DNA of 64,000 nt from Candidatus Latescibacterota bacterium. GTDB taxonomy: Bacteria > Latescibacterota > UBA2968. Under the pieces are notes generated by a model that was given only the letters and a program-made list of their open reading frames with translations, searched no databases and was not told where the DNA came from. Below, in pieces: positions 26,799 to 36,268 of the stretch (position 1 is the first letter of the stretch; each line of letters begins with the position of its first letter). A program made the position numbers and the translations under genes. Location of the stretch: contig JBLHJX010000002.1 in assembly GCA_047619225.1 (NCBI GenBank), positions 4,410-68,409 on the forward strand, given 5' to 3'.

Positions 26799-27566
26799 CT
26801 ATTTTTTTATTGAAAGCAACTCGTCACAAAGTGCCTGATATTCTTGTGCACCACGCGACGTCGAAGCGTATTGTGTAATAGGTACCCCAGCCATATTGGC
26901 CTGATTAAGCAACTCACTCTTAGAAACGACCGTTTTCAACAATTGGCGTTGATGGTCCTCTAACAACTCTTCAACAATGGCATTGGTGCGCGTGGTGCGC
27001 ACATTAAACATCGTCCAAAACAAACGATAGGCCACACCTTCTCCCTCGCGCAATTCACCCGCTGCATTGAGTAAGACGTCCAATCCATTAATCGCACCCA
27101 CGCCCGGTTGCACCGGCACCAACAACAGATCCGCTGCTACAAAAGCATTATACGCCAAAATGCCCAATACAGGCGGGCAATCGATCAAAATATCGCGATA
27201 TCCACCAACAATAGGCTCCAAAGCCCGAGCCAAACGTTCTTCGCGTCGAATGCGCGTAGACAACAACTCTGCCGTTTCCGTCAACCGATCCGTTGCGGGC
27301 ACAATATCCAAATTGGGGTTTTCTGTGTGCATAATTGCGCGCGGTGCCAAAGAGGGTTTGTCCATAATCAAATCACACACATCGCGCTCAAGCTCCACGG
27401 GCTGATCATCTTCTGTATACGGCAAAAAACAGCGGGTGGCGTGCGCCTGTGGATCAAGATCAATCAACAACGTGCGCCGATTCCGATTGGCCAAAATAGC
27501 GGCCAAATTAACTGCCGACGTTGTCTTGCCTACACCACCCTTGGTATTGGTCACCGCAATGATCAT
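26799..27566 (-). CDS. ParA/Soj/MinD-family ATPase
   Basis: 255 aa. The deviant Walker A is MIIAVTNTKGGVGKTTSAVNLA, followed by LLIDLDPQ. Confidence 0.85.
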   Translation of the reverse strand: MIIAVTNTKGGVGKTTSAVNLAAILANRNRRTLLIDLDPQAHATRCFLPYTEDDQPVELERDVCDLIMDKPSLAPRAIMHTENPNLDIVPATDRLTETAELLSTRIRREERLARALEPIVGGYRDILIDCPPVLGILAYNAFVAADLLLVPVQPGVGAINGLDVLLNAAGELREGEGVAYRLFWTMFNVRTTRTNAIVEELLEDHQRQLLKTVVSKSELLNQANMAGVPITQYASTSRGAQEYQALCDELLSIKK

Positions 27567-27685
27567 ACGAAACTCCTTGTTTTGGGGAGATTGTCCTGCA
27601 TATAACAGTCACAAGCCTACAAATCAGATTCTAAAAGACCCGTAACCGATTTTAATGATTTTAACCTGCGACTTGTGATTGCGCT

Positions 27686-28801
27686 TTATTTTAAATTTTC
27701 AGGATTCAGCACTTCTAAATCAGGCACCACAAAAAGCCCATCTTTACGAATACATTCATCATCAAAATAGATCTCACCACCACCATACTCGGGCGTTTGA
27801 ATAAACACCATATCCCAATGCACCGCCGAACGGTTGCCATTATCGGCATCTTCATAGGCTTGTCCAGGCGTAAAGTGGAAAGAACCTGCAATCTTTTCAT
27901 CAAACAAAATATCCAACATCGGCTGTGTAATATAAGGGTTAAATCCTATGGCAAATTCACCAATATAACGCGCACCGTCATCTGTATCCAAAATTTCATT
28001 CAATTTCTCTGTATCACTGCTTGTAGCCTCAACAATCTTGCCATTTTCAAATGTCAAACAAATATCAGAAAAAGGTGTCCCGCGATAAATCGTCGGTACA
28101 TTATAACGAATCGTCCCATTCACCGAATCGCGCACAGGTGCCGTAAAGCATTCGCCATCTGGTATATTGTGCGAGCCCGAACAAGGTATTGCCGGTATGT
28201 CTTGAATGCTAAATCGTAAATCGGTATCCACACCCGTTAACCGCACCCGATCCGAGTTTTCCATACGCGCCTTCAACGCCTGAGCCGCATCAGCCATTTT
28301 TCCATAATCCAAAGTACACACATCAAAATAAAAATCTTCAAAAGCCTCAGTGCTCATTTGTGCTTGTTGTGCCATAGACCCTGTTGGCCACCGCAACACC
28401 ACCCAATTCGTTTTGGGCACACGAATATCAAAATGCACAGGCTTGAGCCAATGTTTCTCATACAAATCCATTGCTTCACCTGGCACATCTGACATTTCAG
28501 AAATGTTGTTGCTACCTCGCAAAGCAATATAGGCCTGCACACGCCCCATCCGAAATGCTTCATAGGCGCCAATTTCTTCCATAATAGCCGCATCACCCGC
28601 CCGAATAAGTTCGCGTTGTACACGATTGTTCTTAATCGTCACCATCGGCACACCACCCACTTCACGCACTTTGCGAATCAACGCCAGAATCATCTCCTCT
28701 GGCATGTCAAACCCTTCAATCAAAACCTTTTCACCTGTCTGAAGTTTTGTTGAGTGGTGAACCAAAACATCTGCCAATTTTTCCAAACGTGGGTCTTGCA
28801 T
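27686..28801 (-). CDS. Aminopeptidase, peptidase family M29 (AmpS/PepS-like)
   Basis: 371 aa. The start is LEKLADVLVHHSTKLQTGEKVLIEG and the C-terminal block is EFAIGFNP...GSFHFTPGQAY. Confidence 0.8.
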   Translation of the reverse strand: MQDPRLEKLADVLVHHSTKLQTGEKVLIEGFDMPEEMILALIRKVREVGGVPMVTIKNNRVQRELIRAGDAAIMEEIGAYEAFRMGRVQAYIALRGSNNISEMSDVPGEAMDLYEKHWLKPVHFDIRVPKTNWVVLRWPTGSMAQQAQMSTEAFEDFYFDVCTLDYGKMADAAQALKARMENSDRVRLTGVDTDLRFSIQDIPAIPCSGSHNIPDGECFTAPVRDSVNGTIRYNVPTIYRGTPFSDICLTFENGKIVEATSSDTEKLNEILDTDDGARYIGEFAIGFNPYITQPMLDILFDEKIAGSFHFTPGQAYEDADNGNRSAVHWDMVFIQTPEYGGGEIYFDDECIRKDGLFVVPDLEVLNPENLK

Positions 28802-28985
28802 AACACCTCAATCCATTGTCCATTATCTATTGCCAAATATCAACCATAAGTTGTCCGTAGCTTATGATAATAAATCCCAACAGTGTAATCCAACCTTTTT
28901 ATTTTATTCCATTGACAGCTTTTTCTGGCCATGATATACTAACGCAGCATCCTTATTTAACAAAAAAACAGTCAGGTAACATAAA

Positions 28986-29762
28986 ATGCGATTCAGACCC
29001 TGCATCGACTTGCGCAATGGACGGGTAGTACAAATTGTAGGTGGCACACTCAGCGACAACAAAACAGAAGAGACCATTACAAATTTTGAAACCGATCAAT
29101 CTTCTGCCAACTTTGCCCGCCTCTACCAAACCGATCACCTCATTGGAGGGCACGTCATCGCACTGGGGTCCGGCAATGAACTGGCTGCTATCCAGGCCTT
29201 ACAAACCCATCCCAAGGGCCTGCATATGGGCGGCGGTATCACACCCGTCAATGCCAAAACGTATCTCAACGCGGGTGCCAGCCACGTCATTGTCACCTCT
29301 TATGTCTTTCGCAATGGACAACTCGACAAAGACCGCCTTCAAGAACTTGTCACCACCGTTGGCAAAGAACATCTCGTACTCGACTTAAGCTGTCGCAAAC
29401 GCAACGATCACTATCTCGTTGTCACAGACCGCTGGCAAAAATTCACCCAATTGGCAGTGACAGAACAAACACTCTCCCAATTGGCCACATCATGCGATGA
29501 ATTTTTGGTTCACGGCGTAGACGTAGAAGGCAAGCGCACAGGCATTGAAGAACCCCTCGTTGAAATGCTCGGGCAATGGTCACCGATCCCAGTAACCTAT
29601 GCAGGCGGTGCGCAATCTCTTGCCGACTTAGACCACGTCAATACCCTCGGCAGAGGTCGTGTTGACCTCACCATTGGCAGTGCCTTAAACATATTTGGTG
29701 GCGATGTCGCCTACAAAGACGTTGTCGCTTGGCATAAAAATCAACAACAAATCAGAACCTAA
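28986..29762 (+). CDS. hisA: ProFAR isomerase HisA, eukaryote-type (His6-like)
   Basis: 258 aa. RPCIDLRNGRVVQIVGGTL...VIVTSYVF...LVLDLSCRK...WQKFT...FLVHGVDVEGK..VTYAGGA..VDLTIGSALNIFGG is collinear with my recollection of yeast His6. Confidence 0.85.
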   Translation: MRFRPCIDLRNGRVVQIVGGTLSDNKTEETITNFETDQSSANFARLYQTDHLIGGHVIALGSGNELAAIQALQTHPKGLHMGGGITPVNAKTYLNAGASHVIVTSYVFRNGQLDKDRLQELVTTVGKEHLVLDLSCRKRNDHYLVVTDRWQKFTQLAVTEQTLSQLATSCDEFLVHGVDVEGKRTGIEEPLVEMLGQWSPIPVTYAGGAQSLADLDHVNTLGRGRVDLTIGSALNIFGGDVAYKDVVAWHKNQQQIRT

Positions 29763-29818
29763 AAGACCTACTGATTTTCTTTTTCGATGTAGACCTGTAG
29801 ACCAGAGACCCAAGACCT

Positions 29819-30829
29819 GTGCCTGATTTCAAATCCATCGGTGAATTTGGTTTCATCGACCACATTGCCACACACCCAACACCCAAACATGTTCTATGTG
29901 GCATTGGCGATGATTGTGCCGTTATGGCACAATCCAATACCCAAGTACGGCTCGTTACCACCGATATGATGGTAGAAGGCATACATTTTTTCACCCATAC
30001 CCCGCCCGAGGGTTTGGGGCACAAACTCCTTGCGGTCAATCTCTCCGATATCGCAGCAATGGGCGGCACACCTACAGACGCCGTCATCTCCCTTGCTGTA
30101 CCGATCAACCACGATGTGGGATATCTTGAGCGTTTATACAACGGTCTTTACGCCTGTGCCGATCGTTTTGGCGTAGCCATTGTTGGCGGCGACACCACAC
30201 GCAGCAACAACCAACTTGTACTCAATATTACACTGACAGGTCATATGGACCTTGCCCACGTGTGTTATCGATCAGGCGCACAACCCGGAGATCTCATCTA
30301 CGTCTCAGGCACACTGGGCGATGCAACGGGCGGTCTGTCTCTCATTCGCGATAAAGTTGAAATGAACCAAACCCATCGCACCCACCTCTTGCGCAAATTC
30401 CATCGCCCAGAACCGCGCTTGGAACTGGGACAAACCCTTTCCAAAACCGGTGCAATTACAGCAATGATGGACATTTCAGACGGTGTGGCCTCAGATTTGC
30501 GCCACATTTGTCAACGCAGCAGTGTGTCTGCAACACTCCAAGCATCAACCATTCCTTTATCAGAGGCATCTCTCCGTTTTTGTGAAAAAACAAAAAAGGA
30601 TGCAATCCAATTGGCTTTATCTGGCGGAGAAGACTACGAACTCCTATTTACAATCAAACCAGATCGTGCAAAAGAGATCGAAAACCTCGTTCAAAAATCA
30701 GATCATCCCCAAATCACCTGTATCGGCCAAATAACAAATGGCAGCGGTGACATCTCAATTACATACAAAGAGGGTTCACTCTCTCCACTTAAATTTACTG
30801 GGTATGACCACTTTAGGACCAACGCCTAA
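29819..30829 (+). CDS. thiL: Thiamine-monophosphate kinase
   Basis: 336 aa with a GTG start. Motifs are GEFGFIDHI, GIGDDCAV, TTDMMVEGIHF, VGGDTT and SGGEDYELLFT. Confidence 0.85.
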   Translation: MPDFKSIGEFGFIDHIATHPTPKHVLCGIGDDCAVMAQSNTQVRLVTTDMMVEGIHFFTHTPPEGLGHKLLAVNLSDIAAMGGTPTDAVISLAVPINHDVGYLERLYNGLYACADRFGVAIVGGDTTRSNNQLVLNITLTGHMDLAHVCYRSGAQPGDLIYVSGTLGDATGGLSLIRDKVEMNQTHRTHLLRKFHRPEPRLELGQTLSKTGAITAMMDISDGVASDLRHICQRSSVSATLQASTIPLSEASLRFCEKTKKDAIQLALSGGEDYELLFTIKPDRAKEIENLVQKSDHPQITCIGQITNGSGDISITYKEGSLSPLKFTGYDHFRTNA

Positions 30830-30915
30830 GGAATACCGCATGCACAAATGCCGGCACATTTTTATCGCACTCTTGATCTTTGCTTGCTCTAACATTTCAG
30901 CGGGAGACAAAAAAA

Positions 30916-31671
30916 ATGGATCACGCCCAAAACAATACGGAAGTCTTCTTTTTTGAAGGATTTGAAGACAGCAGCTACACCACACACTTTACTGATGTGA
31001 GCCACCCCCAAAACCAAACCCTCACCAATGAGGCCTTTGACGGCAATCAATGCTTACGCATTCGTGTCAATGGCGATGATCATTATGGTGCCTCCATTCA
31101 ATATCGCTTTTCCAAAACAGAAACTCCAGAACCTGAAGAACTCTACGGACGATATTATCTCAAATTTGGCGACAATTGGGATCCTGGACGAGGGGGTAAA
31201 TTACCAGGGCCAGCAGGCACATATGGCCGTGCAGGATGGGGTGGGCGCAAGGTTAACGGCTCCGACGGGTGGTCGGCCAGAATGGGGTTCCGACGGTCAG
31301 AAGTAAGCAAAAACGAAACACAAGTCTACTTCTACACCTATCATGCCGATATGGAGGGTATCTATGGTGACAACCTGTATTGGGACATTGAGGACCGAGG
31401 TTCGCTTAAAAATGGGCAATGGTATTGCATCGAAACCTATGTCAAAATGAACACACCCGGTAAAAATGACGGCATCCTACGCGGTTGGATAGACAACCAT
31501 CTGGCGATGGAAAAAACAGACTTACGGTTTCGCGACATACCCGATCTCAAAATCGAAGGTTTTTGGATCAACCTCTATTACGGTGGCAAATGGGCGTCAC
31601 CCCAAGACATGGACGTCTACTTCGACAACGTTGCGCTTTCATTTAAACCCATTGGACCCGCGCAGAAATAA
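30916..31671 (+). CDS. Polysaccharide-lyase-like jelly-roll protein (PL14/Polysacc_lyase-type)
   Basis: Track ORF starts at 30880; I use ATG 30916. The core is GGKLPGPAG..GWGGR...GWSARMGFRR...VYFYTYHAD...GILRGWIDN...VYFDNV. A lipoprotein signal peptide lies in another frame just upstream (see finding). Confidence 0.55.
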   Translation: MDHAQNNTEVFFFEGFEDSSYTTHFTDVSHPQNQTLTNEAFDGNQCLRIRVNGDDHYGASIQYRFSKTETPEPEELYGRYYLKFGDNWDPGRGGKLPGPAGTYGRAGWGGRKVNGSDGWSARMGFRRSEVSKNETQVYFYTYHADMEGIYGDNLYWDIEDRGSLKNGQWYCIETYVKMNTPGKNDGILRGWIDNHLAMEKTDLRFRDIPDLKIEGFWINLYYGGKWASPQDMDVYFDNVALSFKPIGPAQK

Positions 31672-31766
31672 AGTTGGATTCAAGATCCAAACGACATTAA
31701 GTTATAAAAATAAGTCGTGAAATTCCATAATTCGCCGATCAACAAGATAGAGGTATTTTGGAGTCA

Positions 31767-31782
31767 TGTGATATAGATCACG
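31767..31782. promoter_or_regulatory. CRP/FNR-family-type site TGTGA-N6-TCACG
   Basis: TGTGATATAGATCACG matches 9 of 10 positions of the consensus TGTGA-N6-TCACA. Confidence 0.45.
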
Positions 31783-31808
31783 TCATGAAACAGCCAAATT
31801 GACGAAAT

Positions 31809-31824
31809 TGTGATCTACATCACA
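31809..31824. promoter_or_regulatory. CRP/FNR-family-type site TGTGA-N6-TCACA (perfect half-sites)
   Basis: TGTGATCTACATCACA. Its centre is 42 bp from the first site and about 107 bp upstream of ATG 31924. Confidence 0.45.
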
Positions 31825-31923
31825 AACCACAAGCCGGGAAAAATCTCCTTATTAGACAATAAAAAACTGTAAACACTTTATAAACAAAAACTTGCTGTCG
31901 GGGTGTACTTGAAGGGGGGCTTC

Positions 31924-33636
31924 ATGGCACCATCTGAACAGAATGGGTTGCCTGTTGCCGAAACTACGGTAACCATTCAACACTATAAGCAACAAATGGC
32001 CAAAGCGCACCGCTGGTACGATGTGGTGCGCTGTTTGCGTGCTTTCTACGATCATTTCCGCATTGCTTTTCCCCACCTTGAAGAACTTCCCTTAGCCTAT
32101 ACAGACGACTGGGCCGAGCAATTCAAAGAATCTGCCCGTGAGTTTGTACGTACAGAAGACATGCACTCTGTACACAAAGTTTTAACAGGTGCTGGATATG
32201 GCACCGATAAATGGGGTCATATCTCAGCCACCGAAGCTGCCGAAATCGAGCAAGCCTTTGCCCGATTGGTCGAAGCCGTCGAACACATTGAAGAAGAATA
32301 TGAAATCGACGAGATATCAGACTCGGCAGAACCCAAACTCATTCCCCTCAACCCAAACGCTGAATCTGGCGACGCCTTCTTAGCAGCGCTCCAACAAAAA
32401 TACAACGACGCCCGCAAAGAAAATAAGGGCCTCGAATCTGAAATCGGAACCCAGCAACAACGCATAGCCGAACTCGAAGGAGAAATCCGACGTCAAAACA
32501 GCAAAATCGAAGAAACAGAAGCAGTACAGTTAAAACATGCCCCCCCAAACGAAGAGGACAACAAAGAACTCGAAGCACTCAAAAAACGATTTGAAGAAGC
32601 CAAAAAAGAAAACCACGGCATCCAAGAAGAAGTAGAAAAACAGAAAAAACACATTGTCGACCTCGAAGGTCAAATCCGACGGCTCAAAAATGCCGATGTT
32701 GAAACAAACACAATATCCGCCACTCTACAATCCCCTCCCGAATCAGAATCCAATACACCAGAATCAGATCAATACCAACGCCACTACAATGATCTCCTCA
32801 AAGATCACCAAGGGCTTCAAGATACCTTTGCAAAAAAAGAAGAAGAAGTCGACGCGCTCAACACAGAAATGAAAAAGCTCTTAGCAAACTTTGAAACGGC
32901 GGCAGAACCAACATCCGGCCCTGGCAAAAAATTTGAATCACCCAGTTCTAAGTCGGCACAATCCCGTGAATACGAACAAAAACTCAAAGCCAATGAACTG
33001 TTCATTCAAGGGTTGCGATCTGAACTGGAACGTGCACAACAAGCTGTGGAAGAATACAAAGATGAAATGCAACGCCAGCGAGAACGACGTCGTTTATTTG
33101 AAGAAGAGATGGAAGAAGAACGCAAAAATTTGCGCGGGCAGATGCAAAAACTCACCTTGCTGCTGGCAGAAGAAAACCGCGACAATCTCTCTTTAGAAGA
33201 ACTCGAAAAGATGGAATCTGAGGAACTGCTCACCTACATTGAAGATGTTGAAACCGAAAAACAACGCGCATTGGCTGGTCTTGAAGCCCTTGATGCACAA
33301 GAAGAGAGTTATCAAAAACAGTTGGATTCACAACAAGCAGAGTTGGGCACTATTCAAAGTAACCTCGACCGCTATAAAGAATCGAACCTCGCTACAGAAA
33401 TAGAAAAAACAGAAAAAACGGTTGACGCCCAACGGGAACAACTCGAAACCCTGCTGAGTTTTTCAAAGAATCTCAAGGCCCAAGTTGCACATCTCAAAGA
33501 GCGGCAAGAACCCTTGCGGACTTTAGTCGAACGCCTCAACCTACAAGAAAAAGCACTCATTCGATATATCCGCATCAATCATGACCGCGGTTTTATGCCC
33601 TCTCAAGCCTACGAAAAACCACAAGACGAAACATAA
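31924..33636 (+). CDS. Long coiled-coil protein with globular N-terminal domain
   Basis: Track ORF starts at 31903; I use ATG 31924. It has E/K/Q-rich heptad-like sequence and an internal duplication (KENKGLESEIGTQQQRIAELEGEIRR versus KENHGIQEEVEKQKKHIVDLEGQIRR). Confidence 0.7.
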   Translation: MAPSEQNGLPVAETTVTIQHYKQQMAKAHRWYDVVRCLRAFYDHFRIAFPHLEELPLAYTDDWAEQFKESAREFVRTEDMHSVHKVLTGAGYGTDKWGHISATEAAEIEQAFARLVEAVEHIEEEYEIDEISDSAEPKLIPLNPNAESGDAFLAALQQKYNDARKENKGLESEIGTQQQRIAELEGEIRRQNSKIEETEAVQLKHAPPNEEDNKELEALKKRFEEAKKENHGIQEEVEKQKKHIVDLEGQIRRLKNADVETNTISATLQSPPESESNTPESDQYQRHYNDLLKDHQGLQDTFAKKEEEVDALNTEMKKLLANFETAAEPTSGPGKKFESPSSKSAQSREYEQKLKANELFIQGLRSELERAQQAVEEYKDEMQRQRERRRLFEEEMEEERKNLRGQMQKLTLLLAEENRDNLSLEELEKMESEELLTYIEDVETEKQRALAGLEALDAQEESYQKQLDSQQAELGTIQSNLDRYKESNLATEIEKTEKTVDAQREQLETLLSFSKNLKAQVAHLKERQEPLRTLVERLNLQEKALIRYIRINHDRGFMPSQAYEKPQDET

Positions 33637-33670
33637 AAAAAGCGATCAGCTTTATCACCACTGACCGCTC

Positions 33671-34009
33671 TCAATCTGAATGCGTTCGCCGTCGCCACTG
33701 TTTCTTCTGTGCGTGATGGCGTTTTTGTTCCAACCGTCTTTCCCGCGCCCCCCGTGAGGGTTTGGTGCCAATGCGCGGTTTTTTCTTTTTTTGGCGTTCA
33801 AGCAAACGCTCGCGCAATCGCTCCAAGGCCAATTCTTTGTTCCGAAGTTGGGACCGATGATCAGATGCCATCACAGTTAATCCAGTAGGCACATGAACCG
33901 CACGCACCGTGGTCTCCACCTTATTGCGGTGTTGCCCACCAGGCCCACTACCACGCAGGGTCTGAAATTCAACATCCTTTCTCAAATCATCTAAATCAAT
34001 CGTTTCCAT
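33671..34009 (-). CDS. arfB: Ribosome-rescue peptidyl-tRNA hydrolase ArfB (RF-1 domain, GGQ)
   Basis: Track ORF extends to 34039; I use ATG 34009. It has GSGPGGQHRNKVETTV and a basic C-terminal tail. Confidence 0.8.
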   Translation of the reverse strand: METIDLDDLRKDVEFQTLRGSGPGGQHRNKVETTVRAVHVPTGLTVMASDHRSQLRNKELALERLRERLLERQKKKKPRIGTKPSRGARERRLEQKRHHAQKKQWRRRTHSD

Positions 34010-34164
34010 CCCATCACCTAAAAAAATAGCGGTCAACAATCCGTCTGTTTTTCACAGACTGACCGCCGACCACACATTTCCAACAATACAATGAATAAAA
34101 AACCAATAACCGCCTTTGGATGGAAAGTCTTCTCACACCCATCTTCCTACGGCCCTCCGCTCTT

Positions 34165-35403
34165 TTAACTCAACCCTGCCCGACGCATCGCCTCTGCCAT
34201 TACATTATCCGAATCAGCAGGTGCTTGTGTTTCTTGTTGTGACTTAAATGCAGCCATATCTTCTGCAGCGGCACTTTGTTCGGCAGCTTCCTCAACAGCC
34301 CGCATGGACAGCGAAATACGCTTTTGGCGTCGGTTAATCTCTTGCACACGAGCCTGCACCTCTTGCCCAATTGAAACCACTTCCGTCGGCCTCGAAATGC
34401 GCTTACCAGAAGACAATTGTGAAATGTGAACCAACCCTTCAATGCCAGGAGCAAGCTCAATAAAAGCACCAAAATTGGGTGTTGAAACCACTTTTCCTGT
34501 CACCACTTCGCCTTCGCGAAACTGTTCAGCCGCCTTATCCCACGGATCCGCTTCCATTGCTTTAATTGACAATGAAATGCGCTCTTCTTTACCACCCAAA
34601 TCTTTCAGCTCAAGAATTTTCACCCGAAGCTCTTGGCCTTTTTGCAACACCTCGCCAGGGCTTTCAACCCGTGTATAGCTGATCTCCGAAACATGTACCA
34701 ACCCTTCAATACCACCCAAATCAACAAATGCGCCAAAGCGTTCTAAGCGTGTTACTGTACCAACAATTTCCTGATCCACAGCAAGTTGCTTGCGCAATTC
34801 ATCGGCCTTTTTGCTGTTCTGTTCGACCAAATAAGCCCGATGAGAAACCACCACATCGTTGCGCCCGCGCAATTCCATAATCTTAAATGTCAACGTTTGG
34901 CCTGCATAAGAAGCTGGGTCTTCGACAAAACCCATATCAACTTGCGACATGGGGCAAAATCCACGTGCACCCCCTAAGTTAACCACCAACCCACCCGAGT
35001 TAAAACCCGTCACTCTGCCTTCAACCGGTATACCCTTATCTTTTGCTTGTTGCAACATTTCGGGGCTGGATACACGCATTGAAAGTGTGAGTCGAACCTC
35101 ACCCTCGGTGCTCACCACATAAGCTTCAAGCGTATCGCCCAAGTTATATTTCAATTCGCCATCATCATCTCTAAACTCTTGCAAATCGATAGACGCTTCA
35201 CTGCGCCCACCATAATCTACAAAAGCCACAGAATTGCTCATACTTTGCACAGTACCTGTCACTTTTTCGCCTACCGAAACCTCTTGATGATTGTCTTTTT
35301 GGTCACTTTCGGCCAACAATTCGGCAAATTCTGTGCTTGGACCATCGTTTGCATACAGCTTATCTAAGTCTTCAATACTCTGAGATTCGTTGGTCTCTTC
35401 CAT
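34165..35403 (-). CDS. S1 RNA-binding domain protein (four S1 repeats)
   Basis: 412 aa with repeated G.V..v..fGAFV.l..g.eGLvHiSe blocks. Confidence 0.85.
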   Translation of the reverse strand: MEETNESQSIEDLDKLYANDGPSTEFAELLAESDQKDNHQEVSVGEKVTGTVQSMSNSVAFVDYGGRSEASIDLQEFRDDDGELKYNLGDTLEAYVVSTEGEVRLTLSMRVSSPEMLQQAKDKGIPVEGRVTGFNSGGLVVNLGGARGFCPMSQVDMGFVEDPASYAGQTLTFKIMELRGRNDVVVSHRAYLVEQNSKKADELRKQLAVDQEIVGTVTRLERFGAFVDLGGIEGLVHVSEISYTRVESPGEVLQKGQELRVKILELKDLGGKEERISLSIKAMEADPWDKAAEQFREGEVVTGKVVSTPNFGAFIELAPGIEGLVHISQLSSGKRISRPTEVVSIGQEVQARVQEINRRQKRISLSMRAVEEAAEQSAAAEDMAAFKSQQETQAPADSDNVMAEAMRRAGLS

Positions 35404-35576
35404 GCCACTACCCTTGGTAATTCAGATGAAAAATGTCATTAACTCGTGAAATATGAATCTATTATAGGCATCCAAAAAGCGCAACCGCTTTTTTTATTTT
35501 CTAAGTAACACTTTCATCTTCCAAAAGTGTTATAGTATTGAAACCACGAGAGAATTCTTTCCCGAAACAAACAATT

Positions 35577-36047
35577 ATGAATGTCGAAGCCCTTTACAAT
35601 ACCTACGGTCCAATGGTTCTGCGCCGGTGTCGTCAACTATTGCGCAATGAAGAACGGGCCTTAGGTGCAATGCAAGATGTCTTTGTGCGTGTTCTACAAC
35701 GCCAAAAACAACTCAAATCAGACTATCCATCCAGCCTGCTCTATCGCATTGCCACAAACATTTGTCTCAATTACATTCGCGACCAACGCACAACCACCCC
35801 TGGAGATGACATTTTAGCGCGGATTGCAGGCATAGAAGAACCCGAACAGCGCCTCGATGCCCGATCTCTCTTAGACACCTTATTTGGTCGTCACCAAACA
35901 TCAACACGCACAATAGCCGTCCTTCATTTTGTCGATGGACTGACCCTCGAAGAAGTCGCTCACGAAGTCAATATGTCTGTATCAGACATACGCAAACGTC
36001 TTCGTGGCCTTCGAGAATCGCTTATAGATCTGCTGGAGGAAAAATGA
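35577..36047 (+). CDS. ECF sigma-70 family sigma factor
   Basis: Track ORF starts at 35538; I use ATG 35577. Region 2 is MQDVFVRVL and region 4 is LHFVDGLTLEEVAHEVNMSVSDIRKRL. Confidence 0.8.
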   Translation: MNVEALYNTYGPMVLRRCRQLLRNEERALGAMQDVFVRVLQRQKQLKSDYPSSLLYRIATNICLNYIRDQRTTTPGDDILARIAGIEEPEQRLDARSLLDTLFGRHQTSTRTIAVLHFVDGLTLEEVAHEVNMSVSDIRKRLRGLRESLIDLLEEK

Positions 36048-36268
36048 CTTATCACTGCGACACATAAACCATTCCCGATCTCAAGCTCGAACGCTACCTA
36101 CTCGGTGAATTGCCCAAAGCCGAAATGGAAGCCATTACACAAGCCCTTGAAAACAATCTCGATTTACAATCGCGCTTGTTGGCTCTCAAATCGGGCACCG
36201 ACTCACTTCAACGCAACACCCCATTGAAACAATTTGTCTTTACGCTTCATAAAGGAACGGCCCAATGA
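36044..36268 (+). pseudogene. Anti-sigma-factor-like ORF interrupted by in-frame TAA (36065-36067)
   Basis: The ATG overlaps the sigma stop (ATGA). Translation is MTYHCDT*TIPDLKLERYLLGELPKAEMEAITQALENNLDLQSRLLALKSG.... The LERYLLGEL block is typical of anti-sigma N-termini. Its TGA overlaps ATG 36265. Confidence 0.3.
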
